Sequence record: NC_019410.1
Length of the DNA: 64,000 nt
Direction: 5' to 3' (one strand)
Numbering within the stretch: position 1 is the stretch's first letter; every line of letters starts with the position of its first letter. A program made the position numbers and the translations under genes. Shown in pieces: positions 1 through 8,888 of the stretch. Below the pieces are notes generated by a model. The model searched no databases, was not told where the DNA came from, and saw only the letters and a list, made by a program, of their open reading frames with translations.

Positions 1-2
1 GG

Positions 3-779
3 GCTCTGGGCGAAGTTTTGTGGGACTACTATGACTTGCATTATTTCAAGCGCAAGCGGTCCGAGTGGAAGTACCAAAGATTTGCTTTGGTTTATCAACA
101 ACTTGCCGACGCGGCCTCGGACACCTCCATCGCGTCCAAGTTTCAGACCTACGATCACCTGCCCCACCTGGAGCCGAAGGTGCTCAAGGCCCGGCTTGAC
201 GCGGGTCACGCCGACGAGCGCGGGCGGCCGATTCCGGACCGCAAGGAGCACTTCCGGCGGGTGGTGGTCAGCGTCGACTCGGCCAACAAGCCCGGCGCCC
301 GCAACGACTACAGCGTCGCCCAGGTCTGGGGGGAGACCCACGCCCGCAAGCACTACCTGATCTACCAGGAGCGCAAGAAGGTCGACATCACCGGCCTGAC
401 CGAGATGATCGAGCGGGTGGCCAAGCGCTACGAGGTCGACGCCATCCTGGTCGAAGACAAGGGCAACGGCACCGCCTACATCCAGGCGCGGGGCCAGACC
501 GACAGCCAGCGGCGGCTCGCCCCGGCCCCGATCGAGGCGATCCAGGTCCCGAGCACCTATTCCAAGGAGTTCCGCTTCAACGAGATCGTCCCGATGATCG
601 AGGCCGGCGAGGTCTTCCTGCCGGGCAAGGCCCCGTGGCTCGACCTGCTGATCCGCGAAATCGGTCAGTTCCCCGAAGGCGCCCATGACGACCAAGTCGA
701 CGCCATGACGCAGTACCTCCGCTGGGCCAAGTCCAAGCGCACGCGGTTCGGCGCGCGCAAGGTCGGCTCGATGGGCTGA
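3..779 (+). CDS. terL: Terminase large subunit, C-terminal nuclease domain (5' truncated by window edge)
   Basis: Frame open from position 3; motifs VVVSVDSA, AILVEDKGNG, SKEFRF, HDDQVDAMTQYL typical of TerL RNaseH-like domain. Confidence 0.9.
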   Translation, partial: ALGEVLWDYYDLHYFKRKRSEWKYQRFALVYQQLADAASDTSIASKFQTYDHLPHLEPKVLKARLDAGHADERGRPIPDRKEHFRRVVVSVDSANKPGARNDYSVAQVWGETHARKHYLIYQERKKVDITGLTEMIERVAKRYEVDAILVEDKGNGTAYIQARGQTDSQRRLAPAPIEAIQVPSTYSKEFRFNEIVPMIEAGEVFLPGKAPWLDLLIREIGQFPEGAHDDQVDAMTQYLRWAKSKRTRFGARKVGSMG

Positions 780-852
780 CGAGGCCCGTTAACCACGTTT
801 GTTAACCTCCGCCGGGGCCTTAACCCTAACACGGCGAGGGTTAACAGGTCCA

Positions 853-990
853 GGGACCCTTCGAAATTAACCTTTCGGGGACCCTGGGAAATCGTAAGGC
901 AGGGACCCTGGCCATTTTCCGGCTGGGGACCCTGGCAAATTCACCGCCGGGGACCCTCCGAAATTCATCCTCGGGGACCCTGGCAAATCA
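853..990. repeat. Six tandem GGGACCCT-core repeats, 24-25 bp period
   Basis: GGGACCCT at 853, 878, 902, 926, 950, 974, most followed by (G/C)AAAT. Confidence 0.9.
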
Positions 991-1001
991 AGGAGCCGGC
1001 G

Positions 1002-1193
1002 ATGGCCGAATTTCTCGCCCTGATCCCCAACCTCGCGCCGTTCCTGGTCTGGGGAATCCTCCTCTGGATCGCCGCCGAGGTGGTCTGGAGCGTCTGCCTC
1101 TGGGTCTATGGCCTGCGGACCCTGTTCAAGTTGCACCGCGATGATCTGGCCGAGGCGATCAGCTTCGAGCGGGCCTTGAGCCCCTTCGACTAG
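1002..1193 (+). CDS. Small membrane protein (63 aa)
   Basis: AGGAG SD upstream; hydrophobic N-terminal half. Confidence 0.7.
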   Translation: MAEFLALIPNLAPFLVWGILLWIAAEVVWSVCLWVYGLRTLFKLHRDDLAEAISFERALSPFD

Positions 1194-1212
1194 GCGCGGC
1201 CTGCCGACCTAA

Positions 1213-1236
1213 GTCACGGACTGTAGGTTTCGTGAC
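1213..1236. promoter_or_regulatory. Dyad operator GTCACG(G)-N10-TCGTGAC
   Basis: Matches dyads at 31525, 31665, 37602, 54931, 56995, 58865. Confidence 0.65.
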
Positions 1237-1276
1237 AAGGTGAGATATTCCACAACGATTTCAAAGGCTTACTGCG

Positions 1277-1525
1277 ATGTCGATCCGCACGTTCTTCCAC
1301 GATCTGGCCGTCCGTTTCGTCGTTTTGGGGTGGATTTTTGCCCGAAAACCGCTGAAATGGGCTCCAAAAGGGCATAATTTTCAGCCTAAACCGCCGGTCC
1401 AGGTCGGCGCCCTGGCGGCCGGCTCGCTCCTCGCCCTCAGTCTGGCGCTCGGCGGGCTCTGGTTCCGCTTCACGTTTCCGGACAAAAGTCAAGTGGTCTC
1501 GCGCCGGCCGCAGGCTATGTCATAG
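1277..1525 (+). CDS. Small membrane protein (82 aa)
   Basis: ORF with two hydrophobic segments. Confidence 0.55.
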   Translation: MSIRTFFHDLAVRFVVLGWIFARKPLKWAPKGHNFQPKPPVQVGALAAGSLLALSLALGGLWFRFTFPDKSQVVSRRPQAMS

Positions 1526-1586
1526 ACCGTGGGCTTCGTGACCAGATCACGCTTCCGTTACCGCTCCAGCCCTTGTGAGGCCTCGG

Positions 1587-1691
1587 ATGTTCGCCTTTCT
1601 CCGCCGGCTCAGCCTCGCCGCCGTCCATGGCGTGCTCTGGGCGATCCTCCTGGCGATGCTCGCCCTGGGCGGGCCGCGCCGCCCGCTCTAA
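1587..1691 (+). CDS. 34-aa hydrophobic peptide MFAFLRRLSLAAVHGVLWAILLAMLALGGPRRPL (not in ORF track)
   Basis: ATG 1587, TAA 1689-1691, GAGG upstream, GC-ending codons. Confidence 0.6.
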   Translation: MFAFLRRLSLAAVHGVLWAILLAMLALGGPRRPL

Positions 1692-1772
1692 AGCGTCATA
1701 TCTGACGCCTAAGGCCCCCTAAGGCCTCATCTGTGAGACATTCAACGCCCTCGTGTTCCTCTGAACGCGGGG

Positions 1773-1885
1773 GCGTTTTGACGTCGGCGCATTTTTGACT
1801 TGACGCGCGAGCGTTTTGACGCGGGCGCATTTTTGATTCGACGGGCGAGCGTTTTGACGTCCGAGCATTTTTCAACTTGACGTCG
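1773..1885. repeat. Three 38-bp tandem repeats (GCGTTTTGACG...GCATTTTT...)
   Basis: GCGTTTTGAC at 1773, 1811, 1849. Confidence 0.9.
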
Positions 1886-2101
1886 TTCCATTTACCGGGA
1901 GCGCCTTAGGGTTAACGCCGGCCGCCGAGCCCTGGGGCGATTTACCACCGCCACGTTAACCTAACGCCTGTTAACCTATCGGTTGTTAAGGTTAACGCCC
2001 CGTTAGGGTTAACGCCCCTTAACCCTGCCCGCGTTAAGGTTAACGCGCCCCGGCCCAGGCCCTACCCGTTAACCTTAACCGCCCGACCCCCGCGCCCAGG
2101 C

Positions 2102-2137
2102 CATACCCGGTAGGGCCTGACGGCCCTACCGGGTATG
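2102..2137. repeat. Perfect 16-bp inverted repeat with 4-nt loop
   Basis: CATACCCGGTAGGGCC-TGAC-GGCCCTACCGGGTATG. Confidence 0.9.
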
Positions 2138-2190
2138 ACCCCGCGCCCCGGCGGAGGCCAGGGACCGCCCCGGCGCTTTTTCGCGCCCCG

Positions 2191-2222
2191 TTTACCTTTT
2201 GTTAACGTCTGGCCTCTAGGGT
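2191..2222 (+). promoter_or_regulatory. CtrA-box early promoter
   Basis: TTTA-N7-TTAAC, TAGGGT -10-like 15 bp after start of second half-site. Confidence 0.75.
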
Positions 2223-2270
2223 CGCCCTTGTCCCCGCCGCACTCCCGCGCCGGGCAAGGAGCTTCCCGCC

Positions 2271-2456
2271 ATGGTCCCCGACTCGATCATGAACCCCCGC
2301 GACCACTTCCACCGCCTGCGCGAGGAAACCGCCCGCGCTCTGGTCGAGGCCTTCGCCGAATCCGACCCCGGCGAGGATTACCGCGCCGAGGAAAAGGCCG
2401 GCGCGTGGGTTGTCGCCTATTACGACGCGGCGGGCGAATTCGTCGCCTATCTCTAG
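2271..2456 (+). CDS. Early hypothetical protein (61 aa)
   Basis: AAGGAG SD, phage-like codon use. Confidence 0.75.
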   Translation: MVPDSIMNPRDHFHRLREETARALVEAFAESDPGEDYRAEEKAGAWVVAYYDAAGEFVAYL

Positions 2457-2480
2457 CCGCCTTCGCCCCCTGGCGCCGCG

Positions 2481-2512
2481 TTAACGGTTTGTTAACATGT
2501 CGGCGCCAGGGT
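2481..2512 (+). promoter_or_regulatory. CtrA-box early promoter
   Basis: Perfect TTAA-CGGTTTG-TTAAC then CAGGGT. Confidence 0.8.
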
Positions 2513-2555
2513 CGCCCTAGCCCGGCGCGTCGCCGCGCCTTCGGAGAAAACCGCC

Positions 2556-3359
2556 ATGCTCTACACCCCCGCCGCCCGCCGCCTTCGCGGCTATCGCGAA
2601 ACCGCCGCGAAGAACGCCGAAATTCACGCCCGCCCGCACATGGCCGGCAACGTCGCCGGCTACAACGAGTCGGTGTGGCCGACGACGGCGCTAGGCGTCG
2701 CCGCCAAGGCCGGCGCCTTCAAGCGCCCCGAAACCGCCGGCAACTGGTCGGAGGATCGCAAAGCCTATTACGCCCCCGCGTGGCCGGCCGGCTGGCGCGT
2801 GCTGGGCACGGCCGAAGAGGTCTGCCGCAAGGAAGGCTCGCGCCGGGTGGAACATTCCGGATGGTACACGACGCCCGACGACTACAGCGCCACGCTTTCG
2901 GGCTATGTGCTGCAAATCCCCGCCCGCGACGGCCGCCCGCAATACGTCGCCGGGACCGCCCATAGTGAATGGGACGGGGTGACCCTCTACCCCGCCGACC
3001 GCTACGACAACCCGCTTGACGCGGCGAGCGCCGCCGACCGTCACGCCGAACGCGACGCCGAAGAGGAACGCGAATATCAAACCGCGTGGCAAGCGGGCCA
3101 GCGCTACGCCGAACTCGGCGCCGAAGCCAAGGAGGCCCGCAAGGAAGCGCTGGCGATCCTCGCCGAACGCCGCAAGGTCAAGGGGCTGGAAACCCCCGCC
3201 TTGTGCGGCGCGATCCGGGCGCAAGTCGCGGCCCTGCTAGGCCGGATCGAAGAGGCGCGCGCCTCGCGCGCCAAGCTCAAGGAAGGCGAGGACTCGCGCC
3301 TCATGTTCTACCCCTCCGCCGCCATGGTCGCGGCCTTCAATGACGGCGCGGCGTCGTGA
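2556..3359 (+). CDS. Early hypothetical protein (267 aa)
   Basis: GGAG SD; long ORF with normal composition. Confidence 0.85.
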   Translation: MLYTPAARRLRGYRETAAKNAEIHARPHMAGNVAGYNESVWPTTALGVAAKAGAFKRPETAGNWSEDRKAYYAPAWPAGWRVLGTAEEVCRKEGSRRVEHSGWYTTPDDYSATLSGYVLQIPARDGRPQYVAGTAHSEWDGVTLYPADRYDNPLDAASAADRHAERDAEEEREYQTAWQAGQRYAELGAEAKEARKEALAILAERRKVKGLETPALCGAIRAQVAALLGRIEEARASRAKLKEGEDSRLMFYPSAAMVAAFNDGAAS

Positions 3360-3565
3360 AGGTCGCCCGCGATAGCTTCGCCGTGTTCTGGACCCTCCCG
3401 CAAGGCGGGGTCCAATTTCACGCCGACATAAAACGGGCGCTCTATCCGACCGCCCGCGACGCCGCCCGCGCTTTTAGCGCCATGTTCCCCCGTGACCGGG
3501 TCCGGAGCGTCCGCGACGCCTCCGGCCGCTTCCTGGCCTTCAAGGAGTCCGCCCCGTGCGCCTGA
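3356..3565 (+). CDS. Early hypothetical protein (69 aa)
   Basis: GTGA overlap with upstream stop. Confidence 0.7.
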   Translation: MKVARDSFAVFWTLPQGGVQFHADIKRALYPTARDAARAFSAMFPRDRVRSVRDASGRFLAFKESAPCA

Positions 3566-3837
3566 CAAGCTACAACGTCAACGGAACCGGCTTTAAGGGC
3601 GGCTCCGCCCCGCCCGTCCCCGCCCAAGGCCTGACCGGTCACGCCGACGGCTTGAACCTTTGGGTTCCCTCGCGCGAGCATATCGCCGCCATGCTCCCGC
3701 AACGCTGGCGCCACGCCTTCGCCCGCGCGTCGTTTTGGTATGACGCGCACGACAATAAAAAGCCGTGTCGCGCCGACCTCTACGACTCGCGCGGCCGGTA
3801 CCTGACTCAGGTCTGGGCGCACCCGGTTTTCAGCTAG
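3556..3837 (+). CDS. Early hypothetical protein (93 aa)
   Basis: AAGGAG SD before GTG. Confidence 0.75.
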   Translation: MRLTSYNVNGTGFKGGSAPPVPAQGLTGHADGLNLWVPSREHIAAMLPQRWRHAFARASFWYDAHDNKKPCRADLYDSRGRYLTQVWAHPVFS

Positions 3838-3844
3838 GCCAGGA

Positions 3845-3872
3845 CGCCCCGGAAAATCTTCCGGGGCGTTTA
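3845..3872 (+). terminator. Hairpin terminator overlapping next promoter
   Basis: ACGCCCCGGAA...TTCCGGGGCGT followed by T-rich tract. Confidence 0.65.
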
Positions 3873-3900
3873 CCTTTTGTTAACCTCTGGCCTCTAGGGT
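3869..3900 (+). promoter_or_regulatory. CtrA-box early promoter
   Basis: TTTA-CCTTTTG-TTAAC, TAGGGT at 3895. Confidence 0.75.
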
Positions 3901-3958
3901 GACTTTCGCCGCCGGGCAATCCCGCCCGCCGGACCCTCTTTCAAGGATTGCTCCCGTC

Positions 3959-5008
3959 ATGACCTCTCATTCCATGGTCGCGCACCGTTGGGCGCAGGAC
4001 GACGAGAACGGCCGCACCGCGCGCGGCTTCAACATGTATTTCGAGCGCTACGGGCGCGGCGCCGACCGCGTCAACGTGATTTTTTCCTACGGGACTCACT
4101 TCCCGGCCGCCGCCTTCGTGACCGACGCGCACGGCCGCCGCGTGGTTCTGGTGACGACTCGCGGCTACAGCGTTTCGACCGCGAAACACCTTTCCCACAT
4201 CCGCCGCGCCATCCCGTCCGGGACCCCCTGCTTTTCCGTGCCGCACGTGTCGCGGATGCACAAGCCGGGCGGGTCGGGCGACTTCCACGGGGACAACCTG
4301 CGCGCCTATGTCGAGAGCGCCGCCGGCCTCGCCGAAAAGGCCAAGCGCGCCCGCGTCAACGGCCCTTGGCTGCTTAGCCAAGCCCGCGAAACCCTCGCCG
4401 AAGCGCAACGCTACGCCGACGCCTTCAAGCTGAAAACCAAGGTTCCGGCCTTGGAAGACGTCGCCGGCCAATGGGCGAAGATGACGGCCGCCAAGGCGCG
4501 GGCCGAAGCCAAGGCCAAGCGTGACGCCGAAAAGGCCGCCAAGGCGCGCCGCGAAGCCGAACGGCTCGCCGACGCCGAAGCCTTCGCCGCTTGGATGCGC
4601 GGCGAGCGCCAGAGCGCCCCGTTTAGCTACCGGGTGCGCGATGACGGGACCGTCTATCTTCGCCGCTTCCGGGGCGTGGTCCGCGACCTGCGCAGCCAAG
4701 AGCGCGACGGCTCGCGCGTCGATGAACTGCAAACCTCGCAAGGCGCGGCCGTGCCGTGGGAACACGCGGTCAAGGCCTTCCGGTTCATCAAGCTTTGCCG
4801 CGAACGCGGCGAGAGCTTCCACCGCAACGGCCGGGTGATTCGCGTCGGACACTTCCAAGTTGACGCGATCAGCCCGAACGGGGACATGACGGCCGGTTGT
4901 CACCGGTTCGCGTGGGATGAAATCGAACGCCTCGCCAGGGCCGAAGGGGTTTTCGACCTCCCCGCCGACGCTGGCGCCGTCGAAACCCGGCAAGCCGAAC
5001 CGGCCTAA
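3959..5008 (+). CDS. Early hypothetical protein (~349 aa)
   Basis: ATG 3959 after AAGGA; ORF-track start at 3899 lies within the promoter. Confidence 0.85.
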   Translation: MTSHSMVAHRWAQDDENGRTARGFNMYFERYGRGADRVNVIFSYGTHFPAAAFVTDAHGRRVVLVTTRGYSVSTAKHLSHIRRAIPSGTPCFSVPHVSRMHKPGGSGDFHGDNLRAYVESAAGLAEKAKRARVNGPWLLSQARETLAEAQRYADAFKLKTKVPALEDVAGQWAKMTAAKARAEAKAKRDAEKAAKARREAERLADAEAFAAWMRGERQSAPFSYRVRDDGTVYLRRFRGVVRDLRSQERDGSRVDELQTSQGAAVPWEHAVKAFRFIKLCRERGESFHRNGRVIRVGHFQVDAISPNGDMTAGCHRFAWDEIERLARAEGVFDLPADAGAVETRQAEPA

Positions 5009-5063
5009 GCCTCCCCGCCCCTCTCGCGCCCCGGCTCCCCGCCGGGGCGTTTTCGTGTACGCG

Positions 5064-5095
5064 GTAACCTTTTGTTAACTTCTGGCCTCTAGGGT
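5064..5095 (+). promoter_or_regulatory. CtrA-box early promoter
   Basis: GTAA-CCTTTTG-TTAAC, TAGGGT at 5090. Confidence 0.75.
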
Positions 5096-5143
5096 GACTT
5101 TCGCCGCCGGGCAATCCCGCCCGCCGGCCAAGGATCGCAGACT

Positions 5144-5443
5144 ATGAATCTTTTCGTTGTCGCCATTGACCCCGCCCTCATCCCTTCGGCCGCCGGCTTC
5201 GTGGTCGCCTCCCCCTACGGGTGCGGCAAGTGGCGCGCGTGCGTCGGGAGCGAGGCGGACATGATCGCGCTTCGCGACAAGATGCGCCGCGCGCACCCGG
5301 CCCCGGAAGGCTACAGCGTCCAGCCCCTGGCGTCGTTCCTGGCCTATCTGGAGACGGTCGGGGATAGCCCTTATGACCGGTTCCGCGCCCATGACGCCGC
5401 CGCCCGCATCCTTGACACCCTGACGACGCATCTCGCCGCCTAG
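5144..5443 (+). CDS. Early hypothetical protein (99 aa)
   Basis: AAGGA SD. Confidence 0.8.
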   Translation: MNLFVVAIDPALIPSAAGFVVASPYGCGKWRACVGSEADMIALRDKMRRAHPAPEGYSVQPLASFLAYLETVGDSPYDRFRAHDAAARILDTLTTHLAA

Positions 5444-5501
5444 CCCCGCCAAGCCCCCGGCCGCGCGCCGGGGGCGCTTTCCCTCGAAAGGATCGCCGAC
5501 C

Positions 5502-5813
5502 ATGACAACCCGTCTTATCGCCGTTCGCGGCCCGACCGCCGCCGAACTCGCCGACCCGTCCAGCCGCGCGGGCGGCGCCGAAGTCGTTTTCGAGCGCCGC
5601 GACCGCGAAGGCCGCACGCGCCTTGTGTTCGCCTCGACCTGCTACGGCTCATATCAGCAATGGGGCGAAACCCGCGACGTGCTCGCCGACAACGTCGAGG
5701 CGGTCACGCTCTGGGCCGAAGGCATGGCGGCCGTTGCCGCCCTCATCGACGAGAGCGACGACGACGACGAGAGCGACGACGCCCCGGCCGAAGATGACGA
5801 CGGGGAGGCGTGA
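5502..5813 (+). CDS. Early hypothetical protein, acidic tail (103 aa)
   Basis: AAGGA SD; Asp/Glu-rich C-terminus. Confidence 0.8.
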   Translation: MTTRLIAVRGPTAAELADPSSRAGGAEVVFERRDREGRTRLVFASTCYGSYQQWGETRDVLADNVEAVTLWAEGMAAVAALIDESDDDDESDDAPAEDDDGEA

Positions 5814-5816
5814 GCC

Positions 5817-6236
5817 ATGCGCACAACCAAGGCTCAACGCTTCGCCGCCATCGCCTTTGACGCCCTGGCCAAGGCCCTAAGCGAGCCGCGCCAAGCCGTC
5901 GCCCGCGTGACCAAATGGGAGGGCGCGGGCCATAGCTTCGCCAACCTGCAACGCGATTATGAGCGGTACGGCCCCGGCGCCCGCTCATGGTTCGGCCGGG
6001 CTGAAATGCGCTTCTTTGGGACGCGCCTAGAGGCCGCGCCGCTGGATTTCCCGGCGCTGGGCTGCACCCTCTTTCTGACCTCCGAAACCCCGCCCGGCGC
6101 CGGCCGGGTCTGGACCCTTCGCGCCTATGTCTGGGCTTCGGCCGATATCACCACGCTAACCCATGGCGACGAAACCGACGCGGCGACCGCGCAAGCGGCC
6201 TTTGACCTGCTTTGGCGGGTCCTTTCCGGACAGTAA
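5817..6236 (+). CDS. Early hypothetical protein (139 aa)
   Basis: GGAGG SD, operon spacing. Confidence 0.8.
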   Translation: MRTTKAQRFAAIAFDALAKALSEPRQAVARVTKWEGAGHSFANLQRDYERYGPGARSWFGRAEMRFFGTRLEAAPLDFPALGCTLFLTSETPPGAGRVWTLRAYVWASADITTLTHGDETDAATAQAAFDLLWRVLSGQ

Positions 6237-6264
6237 CCTTTTGTTAACTTCTGCCCGCTAGGGT
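6233..6264 (+). promoter_or_regulatory. CtrA-box early promoter
   Basis: GTAA-CCTTTTG-TTAAC, TAGGGT at 6259. Confidence 0.75.
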
Positions 6265-6314
6265 CTTCTTGCGGCCGGGCAATCCCGCCCGGCCGCATCT
6301 TGGAGACAGCGCCC

Positions 6315-6587
6315 ATGACCCGCGCTCAAGCCCTCGCCGACATGAACGCCCTTCCCGGTATCATCGCCTCCTTTGAGCGCGAGACGGGCGAATATCGCGT
6401 GACCCTGCGCTTTGGCCCGCTCCCCATGGGGCGCGGCGCCCAAGAGTGGATGCGCGCGCGCCGCGAAGCCGTCGCCAGCTACAGCGACGACAAGGCCGAC
6501 GCCCTGGCCACCGCCCGCGACATGTCCGCCCGCTGGGAGGCGATGAGCGCCGAAGAGCGTTCGCGCCTCTATCACAACCCCGCCTAA
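6315..6587 (+). CDS. Early hypothetical protein (90 aa)
   Basis: GGAG SD before ATG 6315. Confidence 0.8.
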   Translation: MTRAQALADMNALPGIIASFERETGEYRVTLRFGPLPMGRGAQEWMRARREAVASYSDDKADALATARDMSARWEAMSAEERSRLYHNPA

Positions 6588-6653
6588 GACCCCGCGCGCC
6601 GCCCTGGCCTTCGCCGGGGCGGCTCCCTCAACCCCTCGCAAGGATCGCACCCC

Positions 6654-6938
6654 ATGACCGCCCGTAAGCCCCTGACCAAGGAACAAAAGGCCCGCCGCCG
6701 CGCGACCCGCCGCGCCGCCCGCCTCAACTGGTCGGATGAGCGCCGCGCTCGCGAATTCGAGCGTCAAGCCCGCTTCTTCCTGATGATCGCCACCCGCGCC
6801 CAAGGCGCCGGCCAAGGCCAGGAAGCCGCCCGCCTCGCCACGGTCGCACAACGCAAGGTGACTAACTGGCGCATGGCGCAGGCCTGCGCCCGGATTAACG
6901 CCCTGGCCGCGCATCCGTTCGCGGCCGTGGTCGCCTAA
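6654..6938 (+). CDS. Early basic hypothetical protein (94 aa)
   Basis: AAGGA SD; Arg/Ala-rich. Confidence 0.75.
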   Translation: MTARKPLTKEQKARRRATRRAARLNWSDERRAREFERQARFFLMIATRAQGAGQGQEAARLATVAQRKVTNWRMAQACARINALAAHPFAAVVA

Positions 6939-6951
6939 GGAGGCCCGCCCG

Positions 6952-7134
6952 ATGACGCACCCTCACGCCCTGGCGCTGATCGCCCTCGCCGAAAAGGTGT
7001 TACCGCTTACCCGGCTGCACCCGCTCGACCAACGCGCCGCCGCCGTCGATCTAATCGGCGACCTCTACCGCCTCGCCGACGATATCGACGCGACCCCGCA
7101 AGCCCCCGCCCTGACGCAACCGAAGGCCGCCTAA
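6952..7134 (+). CDS. Early hypothetical protein (60 aa)
   Basis: AAGGAGG SD. Confidence 0.8.
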   Translation: MTHPHALALIALAEKVLPLTRLHPLDQRAAAVDLIGDLYRLADDIDATPQAPALTQPKAA

Positions 7135-7137
7135 GCC

Positions 7138-7728
7138 ATGAACCCGAACCGCTACCGCCTCGCGCCCCGCGACCGCTTCAGCCGTGAGCTTGCCGAAACG
7201 CTCTATCAGGCGGCCGAAGCCGTCGCCCGCGTGATTCCGCTCATGCCGGAGTCCGCCCCCGATGAGCGCCGCGCGCTGGGCAAGGTCCGCGCCGACCTTC
7301 TAACCCATAGCGCCGGCGCCCTTGTTCCCAAGCCGCCGGCCGCCGTGCTCGAAACCCTCGTTTGGGTTGTCGAGATGGCGCAAGATCGCGCGACTAACGC
7401 CGATTTCAACACCGCCCAAGAAGGACTCGACGAGCACGAGTCCCTAGCCTTTGTCGCCGACTGGCTGGAAGCCGAAGGCCAGGACGTGACGCCGATTCGC
7501 AACGCGCAACCGTCCGCCGACGCCCTGGCCGAACTCGCCGCCCGCCGCGACGCCGAACAAGCGGCGCTAGACGCCTTGGAGGCCGAAGCCCTGGCCGAAG
7601 CGCCGGGCGACGTGATCACCGACGCCTTGCGCCCCTATCTGGGCGCCGCCCTGGCCGAAAACCACGCCGACGACGTGCTAGACGCCCTCACGCGCGCCGG
7701 CTTCCAAATCACCCGCAAGGAGGCCTAA
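7138..7728 (+). CDS. Early hypothetical protein (196 aa)
   Basis: Operon spacing, helical composition. Confidence 0.8.
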   Translation: MNPNRYRLAPRDRFSRELAETLYQAAEAVARVIPLMPESAPDERRALGKVRADLLTHSAGALVPKPPAAVLETLVWVVEMAQDRATNADFNTAQEGLDEHESLAFVADWLEAEGQDVTPIRNAQPSADALAELAARRDAEQAALDALEAEALAEAPGDVITDALRPYLGAALAENHADDVLDALTRAGFQITRKEA

Positions 7729-7733
7729 AGCCC

Positions 7734-8312
7734 ATGACCGACTCCGCCAAGATCACCGGCGCGCTCGCGCTACTCGCCATCGCGGCCGATAATCTCCGCC
7801 AAGGCCCGGCCATGTCCAAGGCCGCCGACAACGTCACCAACGTCTGTAACTACGCCCTGACGCGCGCGACCATGCTCAAGGCCGCCGACCAAATCGGCGA
7901 GGCGCTGGAGGCGCTGGGCGCCCTGCAAGCGGGCGGCTATGTGATCGCCCGCCGCCGCGACGTTTTCACCGATGCGGGCGAGAAGCTGGGCGACCTGTTG
8001 GCGGCGCTTTATGACGCCGTCCCGAACTACGCCGTAAGATCGCAGCGCCTCGCCGACGCCCTGAGTCCCGCGCGAAATTACGTCTATCAGCCCCGGTTCC
8101 GGGTCAAGCTGGACGCCGCGCCCGGCGCGCTTTTGACCGACTGCGACACGGGCGCAACGGTCTATTTCCAGCCGGGCGACGACGCCGACGCCTTCCGGGC
8201 CGAATTCGCCCCGTGGGTTCACGCCGCCAACGTGACGGCCGAAGGCGCGGCCCTGGCCTCGATGATGAACCCGACCGCCGAAGAGTATTTCAGCCCCGCC
8301 ACGGGGGTCTAA
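7734..8312 (+). CDS. Early hypothetical protein (192 aa)
   Basis: AAGGAGG SD. Confidence 0.8.
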   Translation: MTDSAKITGALALLAIAADNLRQGPAMSKAADNVTNVCNYALTRATMLKAADQIGEALEALGALQAGGYVIARRRDVFTDAGEKLGDLLAALYDAVPNYAVRSQRLADALSPARNYVYQPRFRVKLDAAPGALLTDCDTGATVYFQPGDDADAFRAEFAPWVHAANVTAEGAALASMMNPTAEEYFSPATGV

Positions 8313-8317
8313 CGCCC

Positions 8318-8620
8318 GTGGCCCTGACCTTCGCCCCGCAATCGACGCGCTACGCCGTGGAAGTCCCCGAACGCGACTTTCTGGCCCTGACCCGCGCCGA
8401 GGAAATTCTAGCCCCTGGCCCCTATCTGGAGCCGTCGCTTAGCGAGCGTTTGGAGGCGCAAGCCGGCGTTTGGGATGTCGAGTATAACGGCCATTTCGGC
8501 GCGGCCGTTTACTTGACGCTCGACGTTGACGCCGACTCCCCGGCCGCCCGCGACGCCCTGGCCTCGATCATCGCCGACCAACTGGCCAAGGCCAAGGCGT
8601 GGAAGCGCCAGCCCGCCTAA
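8318..8620 (+). CDS. Early hypothetical protein (100 aa)
   Basis: GTG 5 nt after upstream stop; ORF-track start at 8213 overlaps upstream gene. Confidence 0.7.
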   Translation: MALTFAPQSTRYAVEVPERDFLALTRAEEILAPGPYLEPSLSERLEAQAGVWDVEYNGHFGAAVYLTLDVDADSPAARDALASIIADQLAKAKAWKRQPA

Positions 8621-8730
8621 GTCATCATTCCTATCGTCTATGACTTGTCACCGGCCGAACTCTTGCCCGGTGACAGTCTGGGCAAGTAAAGCTCACTCTG
8701 GATTTTATGACTTAGCGCAAAGGATTGAAA

Positions 8731-8805
8731 TTGCTCGAAAAATTCCTCGAAGCTCACAAAGTTGTTTTCTGGCTGCTTTTGCTGGCCTGTTTGTGGCGCT
8801 TTTAA
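8731..8805 (+). CDS. 24-aa hydrophobic peptide MLEKFLEAHKVVFWLLLLACLWRF in low-GC patch
   Basis: AAAGGA SD 6 nt before TTG 8731; stop TAA forms first half of CtrA box. Confidence 0.45.
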   Translation: MLEKFLEAHKVVFWLLLLACLWRF

Positions 8806-8834
8806 CGGTTTGTTAACCCCTGGCCCTCTAGGGT
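8802..8834 (+). promoter_or_regulatory. CtrA-box early promoter
   Basis: Perfect TTAA-CGGTTTG-TTAAC, TAGGGT at 8829. Confidence 0.8.
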
Positions 8835-8888
8835 CGAATTCCCGGCGCGGCAATCCCGCCGCCCGGCCTTCCTTCGGAGCTTCTGATC

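Noticed and set aside
789-806. CtrA box at 789-805
   Set aside because: Half-sites are 9 bp apart, not 7, and no TAGGGT at the expected distance
853-1885. CRISPR-like arrays (24-bp and 38-bp repeats)
   Set aside because: Repeats are contiguous and degenerate with no unique spacers and no cas genes
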